DNA of 64,000 bases from an uncultured Methanosarcinales archaeon (GTDB lineage: Archaea > Nanobdellota > Nanobdellia > Woesearchaeales > ARS49), in NCBI GenBank assembly GCA_964362535.1, contig CAYIEN010000001.1, forward strand, positions 16,271 to 80,270. The letters run 5' to 3'. Within the stretch, counting starts at the first letter, position 1; each line of letters begins with the position of its first letter. Positions 43,898-54,006 of the stretch are shown here, piece after piece. The position numbers and the translations under genes were made by a program. The notes under the pieces were generated by a model. That model was given only the letters and a program-made list of their open reading frames with translations, ran no database searches and was not told the DNA's origin.

Positions 43898-45379
43898 ATG
43901 AACAAATGGCTCGGAGTCATCATCGCCTGCGTCGTGATTATCTTACGCCTTGCCACTACGCACAACGAAGGCCTGACTGTTGAGTCATACGCTCACGTTA
44001 ACCAAGCAGTCCACATTCAAGCAACGGGATTCCCCTTACTTACCTACACTCTCAGCGGAACTACCACTCGCGCACTGTTCTCGCCCGTTTACGACTATCT
44101 TTTAGCTATCACTGGTTCGATTTTTGGCAACACCCACGCAATTCATCTCATCGGCGCGTTCATCGCAGGACTTCTTGTGTTGGGCGTTTTCACATTCATT
44201 TTGCATTCCACAAAAAATTCAACGGCAGCAGTCCTCGCAAGTCTCGCCGCAGCCCTCATCCCTATCGGCTGGTCTGATATACTCACCGCGTCCAGTGCAA
44301 ACCTCGGCATTCTCATCGGACTCTGGATACTCATTTGTTTTTTGCATATTGACAATAACATTTGGCGCATCTTTTTTCTCATTCTCCTTGTCTTAGGAGT
44401 GCTTACGAGTTCAGTCATCCTGCTTTTTCTCCTCGGACTCGTCGCATACCTCGCCCTCGCAGAAATGGCGCGCATCAACCGACCGCACGGCGAACACGAA
44501 TTTGTCTTTTTCGGACTCTTATTCCTCCTCTGGGTCTACATCGTCCTTTACAAAGACGTCTTTGTCTTACACGGCTGGCAAGCAATCTGGCAAAATACAC
44601 CAACACTTTTCCGCAACTCTTATTTTTCAGACCTGCACACCCTTGACGTCATCGTCTCCATAGGCATATTCCCGTTCATCGGAGGCATGTACGTCATGTA
44701 TCGCCATCTTTTTGTCGAACACGAACGACCTGTGTATCTTATCATGAGCCTCGTGCTTTCAACGGGCATCCTCACATGGGCACAAATTGTTACTCCCACT
44801 ATCGGACTCCGTGTGCTCAGTATTGGACTTGTGGTACTGTTCGGCTTTGCCGCACGCGACATTTTACACTACCTCCGAACAACCAAACTCGGACTCTTAC
44901 GACACGGCGTTCCATTGGTTGCAGTATTGCTTTTGCTCGTCAGCAGCATTCCCGCAACTGACGAAGTGCACGACGCAAAAACAAACACCGTAACTCCCGA
45001 TGAACTCGCAGCAATGCACTGGATCCGAGAAAACACCCCCGAACACGCAGTCATCGCAGCATCCTGGACTGAAGGAATACTCCTTTCCAGCCAAACAGGA
45101 CGCACACCCATCATGAACGACCAGTTTTTACTCCAACCCGAAAGCACCACTCGCATTGAAGACATCCACACCATTCTTGCCGCACCATTCCAGTCTGACG
45201 TCATTGATGCACTCAACAAATACCACGCAGACTTTGTTCTGTGGACCGAGGTCAGCCGCGCCATCACTGGTAGAGACAGCCCTATTTTTGCAACAGACCT
45301 CATCTGTTTCACCCCCCTCTTCACAAAAGGAAGCGTTATCGTTTACGGAATTGCCTGCGGACTCGAGCGTGATGCCTGA
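43898..45379 (+). CDS. Polytopic GT-C-like membrane glycosyltransferase (PMT/ArnT-like)
   Basis: At least 10 predicted TM helices followed by a ~130-aa soluble C-terminal domain. No WWDYG-type STT3 motif was seen. Confidence 0.45.
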   Translation: MNKWLGVIIACVVIILRLATTHNEGLTVESYAHVNQAVHIQATGFPLLTYTLSGTTTRALFSPVYDYLLAITGSIFGNTHAIHLIGAFIAGLLVLGVFTFILHSTKNSTAAVLASLAAALIPIGWSDILTASSANLGILIGLWILICFLHIDNNIWRIFFLILLVLGVLTSSVILLFLLGLVAYLALAEMARINRPHGEHEFVFFGLLFLLWVYIVLYKDVFVLHGWQAIWQNTPTLFRNSYFSDLHTLDVIVSIGIFPFIGGMYVMYRHLFVEHERPVYLIMSLVLSTGILTWAQIVTPTIGLRVLSIGLVVLFGFAARDILHYLRTTKLGLLRHGVPLVAVLLLLVSSIPATDEVHDAKTNTVTPDELAAMHWIRENTPEHAVIAASWTEGILLSSQTGRTPIMNDQFLLQPESTTRIEDIHTILAAPFQSDVIDALNKYHADFVLWTEVSRAITGRDSPIFATDLICFTPLFTKGSVIVYGIACGLERDA

Positions 45380-46500
45380 TGTGGTGGGTTATCACGGCAA
45401 TCATTCTCGGACTCCTCCCATTTATCATCCGATGGGTCATAGGAAACCCACTCCTGCCAGGAACAGAAACATACCTCTTCGCCAACTGGCTCCACCAACT
45501 CGGATTCTCCTCGACACTTTCCATCAGTATCATACTCGTTACTACTCTATCCATTCTCGCAGGAGTAATTGCAAGTCTCCCTCGCTTCTTCCGAACAAAC
45601 AAATCGTTATGGCAGGTAAGCGACGCAACTCGATTACTGCTCCTTCTTTCACCAAGTTGGATTGCCAGCGCAACTGTCTTTCCCTCTCACGCATTTTTGT
45701 TGGGCATTCTTACTGGCTCGCTTGTTCTTTGGAAAAAAAATAAATTATTCGGAGCAGCACTCTTCGCCATATTTCTGGCAGGAGTATCACTCCTCTTTTG
45801 TCTCCCTTCCGCACCCGCAGGCATCATCGAATTCGGCGTCCTCAACGGATACGGCCTTTTTGGATTGATTGTCGCATTTTTGGGCGGCTGCGTTTTGTGG
45901 GAAAACAAAGCAAAAACCTATTTTATCGCACTCGGAATAGCAGCCCTCATCATTCTTTCATTTTTTATTCCCGAACTCGTCGTCATTGGCGCAACAGCAG
46001 TCGCAATCATTGGAGGAATAGGAGTTGTGCGACTTTTGCACAGAAAATGGGCATTTCCACTCCTTCGCGGACCAAGCATCCTCCTCTGCGCATGCGGATT
46101 GCTCTTTTCAACACTTGCCTGCATTTCGCTTATCAGCCACGTTGGACCCGATGGCGGAACTGCTTCCGACCTTGCCGCATTACAATCAGCCATTCCTGAT
46201 GGACTTGTCCTGACAGAACTTTCACCTGAATGGGTCACGTGGTGGGGTCACGCAAACACCATCACCATGCCCGAAACAATCCGCACAGAAATTTGGCAGT
46301 CACGCAACATCTACCGCACCCGAGACATACTCGAAGCCTGGAATGTTACCACCATACTTATCACCCCTGAAATGAAAGCATCACTTTGGAATGACCACGA
46401 AGATGGACTGCTCTTCCTCCTGCACCAGAGCAAAACATTTAAAAGTCTAGGACAGGGAAAATTCGTCGAAGCATGGGTCTACGACCCCCCGCAACAATGA
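45379..46500 (+). CDS. Polytopic membrane protein, GT-C-like, related in layout to 43898..45379
   Basis: Multi-TM N-terminal region and a soluble C-terminal domain. Its start overlaps the upstream stop by 1 nt. Confidence 0.4.
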   Translation: MWWVITAIILGLLPFIIRWVIGNPLLPGTETYLFANWLHQLGFSSTLSISIILVTTLSILAGVIASLPRFFRTNKSLWQVSDATRLLLLLSPSWIASATVFPSHAFLLGILTGSLVLWKKNKLFGAALFAIFLAGVSLLFCLPSAPAGIIEFGVLNGYGLFGLIVAFLGGCVLWENKAKTYFIALGIAALIILSFFIPELVVIGATAVAIIGGIGVVRLLHRKWAFPLLRGPSILLCACGLLFSTLACISLISHVGPDGGTASDLAALQSAIPDGLVLTELSPEWVTWWGHANTITMPETIRTEIWQSRNIYRTRDILEAWNVTTILITPEMKASLWNDHEDGLLFLLHQSKTFKSLGQGKFVEAWVYDPPQQ

Positions 46501-47750
46501 TACCGCTCCAACAAATCATCCTCTGGATTGCCGCCGCCATTTCCACCTACTTCGCAATTTTTTGGTTCCTTGTCCTTATCGACGTTCCTTCAGAAGTACG
46601 CCGCAAAAAATGGACAACCTGGCCAACACTCACTGTTGCCATCCCTGCATGGAACGAAGAAGACTGCATCCGAGACACCATGGAAAGCGTTCTTGCGGCG
46701 GATTATCCCTCTTCCAAACTGCAACTCATCGTTGTTGACAATGCAAGTAAAGATAATACCTCCATAATTGCGAAACAAGTCATGGCCGAACATCCTTCCC
46801 GCAACATCAAACTCATCTATGAATCACGACCGGGCAAAGGAATTGCGGTCAACAACGCGCTCGCGCAAGCCACCGGCACATTTTTCGCCACCATGGACTC
46901 GGACAGTCGCGTTTTTCCCGACGCGCCCAAAAAACTTCTTTCCTATTTTACTGCGAATAAGATAGCTGCCGTCGTACCCGCAATGAAAGTCCGCGAACCA
47001 AAAACATTTTTGCAAAAACTCCAATGGTACGAATACAACGTAAACATGTTCTACAAAGACCTCATGGGACGCGTTGACGCGTTGCACGTCATTCCCGGTC
47101 CATTTCCCGTCTATCGCACAAACGTTCTCCGCACCATAGGAGGATTCGCCGAACAAGGCAACCTCACCGAAGACCTCGAAATTACTTTGCGTTTACAGCG
47201 AGAACAATACAAAATCGTCCAATCCATGGACGCATTTGTCGACACCATTACACCATCCACCTGGAAAGCATTTTACCTGCAACGCAACCGCTGGTTCAAA
47301 GGCGCATTCCTCAACGCATTCGCCTACCGCAAACTCGCATTCAACAACAAATATGGCGACTTCGGCATGATACAAATGCCCACACTCCTCATATCAGGTT
47401 TACTTGCGCTTGTCCTCATTGGAATAACCGTTTATTCAGCATTTCCTCCGTTTATGCAAGCGTTTCAGAATCTTCTTAACATACGATTTGACCTTTGGAC
47501 ATTGCTTACGAATTTATCTTGGAACCTGTCCGTTTTTGATTTAGACTTTATGACTCTCACGTTAACCGCCTGCATGCTTGGCATCAGCATTTACATCTTC
47601 ATCCAAGCCCACCGTGTCGTCAAAGAACCTCTACTGCAACAGGGATGGTTTAGCTTTGCGTTCTTCATGCTTGTTTATTATTTACTGCTTGGCGTTGTCT
47701 GGGCAGGCGTCGCCCGTGATTTGGTGCTTGGCAAGCACCAGAGGTGGTAA
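46497..47750 (+). CDS. Processive family-2 glycosyltransferase (cellulose/chitin/hyaluronan-synthase-like)
   Basis: AIPAWNEE, DNASKDNT, MDSDS, TEDLE and QRNRW (the QxxRW motif), with TM helices at both ends. ATGA overlap with the upstream gene. Confidence 0.75.
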   Translation: MIPLQQIILWIAAAISTYFAIFWFLVLIDVPSEVRRKKWTTWPTLTVAIPAWNEEDCIRDTMESVLAADYPSSKLQLIVVDNASKDNTSIIAKQVMAEHPSRNIKLIYESRPGKGIAVNNALAQATGTFFATMDSDSRVFPDAPKKLLSYFTANKIAAVVPAMKVREPKTFLQKLQWYEYNVNMFYKDLMGRVDALHVIPGPFPVYRTNVLRTIGGFAEQGNLTEDLEITLRLQREQYKIVQSMDAFVDTITPSTWKAFYLQRNRWFKGAFLNAFAYRKLAFNNKYGDFGMIQMPTLLISGLLALVLIGITVYSAFPPFMQAFQNLLNIRFDLWTLLTNLSWNLSVFDLDFMTLTLTACMLGISIYIFIQAHRVVKEPLLQQGWFSFAFFMLVYYLLLGVVWAGVARDLVLGKHQRW

Positions 47751-47751
47751 C

Positions 47752-48438
47752 ATGCGAGATTATAGAAAGACACGTTACCTTTTTGCAGGTCTTATCACCA
47801 TCGCCATCTTCGCGCTCGGACTCATGCTCGGATTTGTTGTCGAAGGCAAACGAGTCACCACCGTCCAAACACTCTTTGATACCCAACGCACCGAATTTGC
47901 AAGCTCACAACTACAATACTCTTACGTCTCTTCGCTGAATTCGCAAGAAGCCTGCCCCGCAATCTACACCATTTTTTTCAACAACATCAAAAACCTCGAT
48001 GAAACAGCGCACAGATTGGAAAGTTACGTTAAAGACAGCAAACTCAACGACGAAAATTTTGCCGTCCTCAAACGAGAATACACCATCGAACAATTACGTT
48101 ATTGGTTATTGAGTAAGCAAGCCCGCGATCTCTGCAACCAAGACGTCGTGCGCGTTTTGTACTTCTTTTCCACCGACGACCAATGCACGACTTGTACTGA
48201 ACAAGCATTTGTTCTTGACTATTTGAAAAAATCGTTCGGCGAACGACTCCTTATCTTTTCCCTCGATGCAACCTTCGAACAAGAACCCATGATTGGTATC
48301 CTCAAACAACAGTATAACATCACAGCCTACCCCACACTCATCATCGAAAACACACCATTTTCTGGCTTTTCTTCCCGCGAAGACCTGCAAGCCAACATTT
48401 GCTCGCTCTACCGCGACCCACCCGAAGCATGCGTATAA
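47752..48438 (+). CDS. Membrane-anchored thioredoxin-fold protein with CxxC motif
   Basis: N-terminal TM helix YLFAGLITIAIFALGLMLGFVV, then VLYFFSTDDQCTTCTEQAFVLDYLKK...YNITAYPTLII, which has the thioredoxin-like active-site layout. Confidence 0.55.
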   Translation: MRDYRKTRYLFAGLITIAIFALGLMLGFVVEGKRVTTVQTLFDTQRTEFASSQLQYSYVSSLNSQEACPAIYTIFFNNIKNLDETAHRLESYVKDSKLNDENFAVLKREYTIEQLRYWLLSKQARDLCNQDVVRVLYFFSTDDQCTTCTEQAFVLDYLKKSFGERLLIFSLDATFEQEPMIGILKQQYNITAYPTLIIENTPFSGFSSREDLQANICSLYRDPPEACV

Positions 48439-49781
48439 AAATAGTTTTGTTGGTGCTCGCAGGATTCTTACGATTGCTCTTTCACGTTTTACCTCGTCCA
48501 CTCACGTGGGATGGTTCCGTTTACATAGGCATGGCAAAAGCCATTGTGACCGTTGGAGCAGGAGGATTATGGGAACCCTTGCGCCCACTTGTCTGGCCAT
48601 TGTTTCTTACGCCTGCCGCGCTCACCCCGTTACTCTTTGTGTGGGCGCATTTACTCCAATTCCTGTTTGGCATGGGCATCGTTGTACTCGTTTATTTATT
48701 GGCACGCGACGCATTCGGTGAACGCGCAGGACTCTGGGCACTTGGCTTTGCTGCGCTTATTCCTCTGCTTGCGTTTTACGAACACCAATTGTTAACAGAA
48801 CAGCCCGCAACGTTCTTTGCTTTGCTCGCAATCTGGTTCGCAACAAAACACAAATGCCAAGCATTCTTCGCAGGACTCTTTGCAGGACTATCTTTTCTCA
48901 CTAAATTTCCCCAAGGGCTCATTTTCGCAGGAATTTTATTTACGTTCGCATTCGAAAAACGCTGGAAACATTTGTTTGAGCTTTGCTGCGGATTTACTGT
49001 ACCGGTGTTCGTTTTTATCGCCTACAACTCCTTCATGTATCACAATCCTCTTGCGTCTGTTATTGCAGCAAATGACGTTATTCAGACATCAGGACTCTGG
49101 CTGTATCACGAACCCTTCTTTTTTTACGCAATCACTCTTGTCACACTCAACATTTTCTTTGCATTCACCATTCCAGGAATGATTCCCATGTTCAAAAAGA
49201 ATAAATCGCTTTTGTTTTCATTTCTTCTTGTCTTTGCGTACTGGTCACTTTTGCCGCACAAAGAATTCAGATTCATTCCATTGCTTTTGCCATTCGTTGC
49301 CGTGCTGGCAGCGGGAGGTTGGAACCTGCTTGCTGAACGAGCGCATAAGAATCATTACCGTACAGCTTTTCTCTTTTTAACCTGCGTACTACTTGCAGTG
49401 GCAGGAACGCAAGCAATCTTTTGGACACAACGCATGCTGTATGATGAAGGAACGATTGATGTCGAGATGGAACAACTCTATAAACAAACAGCGTCAGGAA
49501 CAGACATCGTCACCAGCGACCCTCGCGTTGCGTGGTTCACGAACAAACAACTCGTGCCGCTCTACTACCCCTTATTCCCGCAGAATCTATCCCTCGGACT
49601 CGCCGCGCTCGAAGACAGAAAAACATTATTGTTTAATCCCTGCGACACACCGTGTTCTGCTGATGATGTATTGTGTTTGAGCAACGTTGCAACGTTTGAA
49701 AAAGAAGTTCGTGCCACGTGGACACTCCACAAAGAAATTACGCGTGGCTCGTGCCGCGTAATGCTATTTAGCCGCCCTTAA
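48429..49781 (+). CDS. Polytopic GT-C-like membrane glycosyltransferase (PMT_2/ArnT-like)
   Basis: About 12 TM helices with a short soluble C-terminus. The start MRIKIVLLVLAGFLRLLF overlaps the upstream gene by 10 nt. Confidence 0.5.
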   Translation: MRIKIVLLVLAGFLRLLFHVLPRPLTWDGSVYIGMAKAIVTVGAGGLWEPLRPLVWPLFLTPAALTPLLFVWAHLLQFLFGMGIVVLVYLLARDAFGERAGLWALGFAALIPLLAFYEHQLLTEQPATFFALLAIWFATKHKCQAFFAGLFAGLSFLTKFPQGLIFAGILFTFAFEKRWKHLFELCCGFTVPVFVFIAYNSFMYHNPLASVIAANDVIQTSGLWLYHEPFFFYAITLVTLNIFFAFTIPGMIPMFKKNKSLLFSFLLVFAYWSLLPHKEFRFIPLLLPFVAVLAAGGWNLLAERAHKNHYRTAFLFLTCVLLAVAGTQAIFWTQRMLYDEGTIDVEMEQLYKQTASGTDIVTSDPRVAWFTNKQLVPLYYPLFPQNLSLGLAALEDRKTLLFNPCDTPCSADDVLCLSNVATFEKEVRATWTLHKEITRGSCRVMLFSRP

Positions 49782-50199
49782 TCTTTATCATGTCACCGAT
49801 TGTCATCGCAACGTTCTTCGTTTTTTCATTCGTGACTTGAACAGGCGTCGATTCTTCGACTAGTGTCAGACGCAATGCCTTTTCCAACTTTCTCGCAAGC
49901 TCAATCGAAACAGGTTTGCCAATTTCGATGTGATGAATAACGCTTTGATGTTCATTCAGTTTCAGCGCAAAATCTTTTTGGCTCACTCCGCTTTTTTCAC
50001 GCGCTTGACGAACAAGCGTATGCACGTTTGTAACAACAGTAAGAACGGGTTCGGCAGGCTTTGCATAACTGATTGTTTGCTTTACTGCGGGTGGTGCGAG
50101 TCGGTTACCAAACTGGACACACTTTGCACATACGGTTAAGGTCGCCCCTTCAATGATGGCACGTTCGGTCGCAGGTTTGCCACACAATTCACAGTTCAT
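49768..50199 (-). CDS. mbf1: Archaeal MBF1-type transcription factor (zinc ribbon + XRE HTH)
   Basis: MNCELCGK....CAKC zinc ribbon and HTH REKSGVSQKDFALKLNEHQSVIHHIEIGK. The start is set at 50199. Confidence 0.75.
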   Translation of the reverse strand: MNCELCGKPATERAIIEGATLTVCAKCVQFGNRLAPPAVKQTISYAKPAEPVLTVVTNVHTLVRQAREKSGVSQKDFALKLNEHQSVIHHIEIGKPVSIELARKLEKALRLTLVEESTPVQVTNEKTKNVAMTIGDMIKIKGG

Positions 50200-50308
50200 A
50201 CACTGGTTTGGGCTTTTGCGATTTAAATAGGTTGTGAAGGTAATAAACAAAATTACTTCTTTCAAAGAGTAACATCAATTTAAAAAGCATTTTCGCTGTT
50301 TTTCCCCT

Positions 50309-51403
50309 ATGACAGACCCGCTACAGCGGTTTGTCCAGCAAAGTGTCTCCCGCGGCATGCCTAAACAGGATTTGCAAGAGACATTAGTCAAAGCTGGCTG
50401 GCCCCGCGACCTCGTGTTACAATACTTGGGAAAGACAATCGCTGTAACAAGCACTCCTGGCAAACCCATTCTCCGCGTCCAAGGCGTCACCAAAACATTT
50501 CATGGCCGTAAGGTGTTGGACAACGTTAATCTTGACATTACTCAAGGCGAAGTGTTTGGCATCATCGGCCAAAGCGGCTCGGGCAAAACAACACTGCTTA
50601 ATTTACTCGTGGGATTTCTTCAGCCTGATGCAGGAAGCGTTAGCGTGTGGTTGCCCAAAGGCCCGCAATCAGTTACGTCTGACCCCGAAGCAACTAAATC
50701 GTTTATTGGTTTCGCCGCGCAATCACCCTCTGTCCAACCTGATTTAACCATCGCGGAAAACATCAATTACTTTTCACAACTCCACGGCAAAAGCGAACGC
50801 CAAGCACAACAAGCAGCACAAACACTTTCCAAACTTGTTGGACTGCACGACTACAAAGACGTTCGTGCATCCGAATTGTCCGGCGGAATGCAAAAAAGAC
50901 TTGACCTCGCGTGCGCACTTGTTCACGACCCAAAATTATTGATTCTCGACGAGCCAGTGGCTGACCTTGACGTGGTGTTACGAGCACAACTCTGGGATGT
51001 TTTGCGTGCTATCAATAAACAGGGAACCACCATTCTTATCGCCTCACACTTCCTTGCCGAATTAGAACAAGTCTGCGATCGCATCGGCATCATGCGCAAC
51101 AACCGAGTCGCGGAAATCGGCACACCCGAAGAACTTCGCGTCATTTATTCCCGCAACCAAGAAATCAGACTTGAGTTGGCTTCTCATGCTTACGAAAACG
51201 TGCTCGCTGTGCTTAAGAAAGACGCAACCTTACAAGTTTCTAAAACAATCAAAGACGGCAATCGACTCAAAATTCAAACAGCGCAACCCACCGCAACACT
51301 TGACGCTATTTTGAAAGACGCACGACAACGAAAAGACTCCATTGTCCACGTTGAAATGGGACGCCCCACCGTCCGCGAATTATTCGAGGAACTACTCACA
51401 TGA
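50309..51403 (+). CDS. ABC transporter ATP-binding protein with ~50-aa N-terminal extension
   Basis: Walker A GQSGSGKTT, signature LSGGMQKR and Walker B LLILDEP. Confidence 0.85.
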   Translation: MTDPLQRFVQQSVSRGMPKQDLQETLVKAGWPRDLVLQYLGKTIAVTSTPGKPILRVQGVTKTFHGRKVLDNVNLDITQGEVFGIIGQSGSGKTTLLNLLVGFLQPDAGSVSVWLPKGPQSVTSDPEATKSFIGFAAQSPSVQPDLTIAENINYFSQLHGKSERQAQQAAQTLSKLVGLHDYKDVRASELSGGMQKRLDLACALVHDPKLLILDEPVADLDVVLRAQLWDVLRAINKQGTTILIASHFLAELEQVCDRIGIMRNNRVAEIGTPEELRVIYSRNQEIRLELASHAYENVLAVLKKDATLQVSKTIKDGNRLKIQTAQPTATLDAILKDARQRKDSIVHVEMGRPTVRELFEELLT

Positions 51404-53145
51404 TTTCCACTATTGTCAAGAATCAATTGCACGTTCTCTTCCGCTCGCGCGCGACTCTTATTGCCATGATTGTCGCTCCACTCCTTTTGTTGTTTATCGG
51501 CGGACTTGTCTTTGACACCACTAACTTGTATCGCGTCCGCGTTGGCGTGTGGTCAGAATCACCTGCAGACTTAAGCGAATCGGTCATCGGCGCGCTTGAA
51601 ACATCCAAATTCAGCGTGCAACAATACGACACTGAAGACGCTTGCGCAAACAGCGTCAAACGCGGAGACCAACACGCTTGCCTTGCGTTTCCAGGACATT
51701 TTGCTGTTGGAACTTCTAACACATTACGTTTTTATGTCGATCCGTCTCGAGCGACACTCGTCAGTGCGGTACTTGACACGATTTCTGCACGCATCGCAAA
51801 CGAATCCAGCGATGTCAGCAAACAACTCGCGCAATCACTCGTCAGCGCGCTCCAATCCATTCGCAATACCGTTGATTTACGCAAAGATACTATGGTAACA
51901 TTGACAACACAAGTAAATACGGCAGGACAAAGCGTTACACAGCTTTCCGAATCCGTCAACGCGCCAAACACCACGCTTGATTTTACCTCTGTCGGACTCA
52001 CAAACGCATCTAACAACGTCGCAATATTGGAAGCAGAAAGCATTAACCTCGTTAATGACACCGTTGACTTGATTGATGAACTCCAAGACTATCTTACTGC
52101 CGCCGACGCAGCTATCGTCGCCACAAACTTATCCAACACCACCAAACAAGCAATCCGTTCCAGCATTACAAATGCCAGCGATGTCGCAGACGATGTGCTT
52201 GCTGTCGCAAACACTACCTCTACGGTTATCTCCGCAGCCAACATTACTGCAACCATGGAATTACTTGAATCACGCTTGCTGTCCATCAAAACAAACATCG
52301 ATCAAGTCGCAGCCACACAACTCACTCTCGGCGCGAATTTGAACACTATCGGCAACAAACTTGATTCAGCATTACTCTCCATTGTCAGCATACAAAAAGG
52401 GTTTAGTGAAATCGAAACCGCACTCAACAGCATAACCGTTGTTGACGCTGACGCAGTTGTTTCACCCATCAAAACAACTATTGTGCCTGTAACTCGAGAT
52501 GTAACATACGTTAACTACGCATTCCCCTTCCTCATGGTCATTGTTTTGTTGTTTTCAGGATTACTTGTCGCGCCGATACTTTTGTTGACTGAACGACATT
52601 CGCAAGCGGCGTTCCGAACGTTCCTCGCACCCATCAAAGAAAGCGTTTTCGCCCAAGCAACATTCCTTTCCTGCCTGATTGTCCTCGGAGCACAAGCACT
52701 GATTATGTTGATTGTCGCAGGATTCTTCTTCAACTACTGGATAGGATTGCCTGTGCTGATTCTCACCCTTCTCCTTGCGTCATCACTCTTCATTCTCATC
52801 GGCATGATTATCGGCGCACTTGTGCAACGAGAATTGACTGCGGTCATTGTTTCTGTGCTTGTGGGACTCGTGTTGTTGTTCGCTTCCGACTTCATCGTGC
52901 CGCTTGACGTGTTGCCTCATTGGCTTTCACTTATTGCGCAACTCAACCCCGTCGTTATCGCGGGATCGCTTGTTCGAAACGCTTTACTCTTTGGCGGGAC
53001 TGGATTAAGCGCAAACATCCTCGACCTAGCAGGACTTGTCGTTATCGGAGTTGTACTTGCCTTCTTCGCATTGTTCGCGTACCGCACTGGCAGACAACTA
53101 TCCTTGCAATCTATTTTGTCCCAATTCAACAAAAAGAAACAATAA
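51400..53145 (+). CDS. ABC-2-type permease with large extracytoplasmic helical insert (YhgE/Pip-like layout)
   Basis: One N-terminal TM helix, a ~330-aa Ser/Thr/Ala/Asn-rich helical ectodomain and five C-terminal TM helices. ATGA overlap with the ATPase gene. Confidence 0.65.
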   Translation: MISTIVKNQLHVLFRSRATLIAMIVAPLLLLFIGGLVFDTTNLYRVRVGVWSESPADLSESVIGALETSKFSVQQYDTEDACANSVKRGDQHACLAFPGHFAVGTSNTLRFYVDPSRATLVSAVLDTISARIANESSDVSKQLAQSLVSALQSIRNTVDLRKDTMVTLTTQVNTAGQSVTQLSESVNAPNTTLDFTSVGLTNASNNVAILEAESINLVNDTVDLIDELQDYLTAADAAIVATNLSNTTKQAIRSSITNASDVADDVLAVANTTSTVISAANITATMELLESRLLSIKTNIDQVAATQLTLGANLNTIGNKLDSALLSIVSIQKGFSEIETALNSITVVDADAVVSPIKTTIVPVTRDVTYVNYAFPFLMVIVLLFSGLLVAPILLLTERHSQAAFRTFLAPIKESVFAQATFLSCLIVLGAQALIMLIVAGFFFNYWIGLPVLILTLLLASSLFILIGMIIGALVQRELTAVIVSVLVGLVLLFASDFIVPLDVLPHWLSLIAQLNPVVIAGSLVRNALLFGGTGLSANILDLAGLVVIGVVLAFFALFAYRTGRQLSLQSILSQFNKKKQ

Positions 53146-53256
53146 TTCTTTGATATTTCCTACTTATCAGATACCACTTTTCGTATGCAGTCACTACAGT
53201 ATAATAATGCTTAAATATCTCGCGTCAACCAATTTTGATTACAAGGGGGCATATGC

Positions 53257-54006
53257 ATGGTAAAATTAGTATTGTCGGACGCAACATATCTCAAAGACAG
53301 CGTTTCTGTTCTTTCCGAGCTTGTCAACGAAGCACGCTTCAAGATGACAAAGGACGGTCTTGAACTCGTCGCCATGGACCCCGCAAACGTCGCCATGGTC
53401 ATTTTTAAGTTACTCTCCAGCTGCTTTACCGAATATGATGTGCAAACCGAACAAGTCATGGCTATCAACTTGCAAAACTTCAAGCAAGTATTGAAACGAG
53501 CAAGTCCCAGCGATGTATTGACTCTTGAAACAGGCCCTGAGAATAAACTTGTTATTCAGCTCAAGGGTGCGACCACACGAACGTTCTCACTTCCGATTTT
53601 GGAATTGGAAGAAAAAGAACAGCGAGTGCCTAATTTGACATTCCCTGTCACGATTTCAACACCCAGCGCAATGCTGAATGACGCAATCTCTGACGTTGAC
53701 ATCATTGCCGAAAGCGTTTCCTTTGCAGCCGAACCCGAACATTTTTCTGTTTTGGCTGAAGGCGACTTGAGCAAAGCACAAATCGACATCAAACAAAGCG
53801 ACGAAACACATATTCGAGCCGATTCAAAAGCCAAAGTCAAGGCCAAATATTCAATCGAGTATTTGAAAAAAATGATTCAGGCAGCCAAACTCTCAGACAG
53901 AGTTGACATCCACTTCAATCAAGACTACCCCCTGCGACTCGACTACAAAGTCATTGATAAGTTGTCAATGAGCTTTATTCTTGCACCTCGTGTTGAAAAT
54001 GATTGA
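53257..54006 (+). CDS. pcn: DNA polymerase sliding clamp PCNA
   Basis: 249 aa. L.DA..LKDSV..LSELVNEA.FK..KDGLELVAMDPANVAMV, a two-domain repeat layout and an acidic C-terminus. Confidence 0.8.
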   Translation: MVKLVLSDATYLKDSVSVLSELVNEARFKMTKDGLELVAMDPANVAMVIFKLLSSCFTEYDVQTEQVMAINLQNFKQVLKRASPSDVLTLETGPENKLVIQLKGATTRTFSLPILELEEKEQRVPNLTFPVTISTPSAMLNDAISDVDIIAESVSFAAEPEHFSVLAEGDLSKAQIDIKQSDETHIRADSKAKVKAKYSIEYLKKMIQAAKLSDRVDIHFNQDYPLRLDYKVIDKLSMSFILAPRVEND

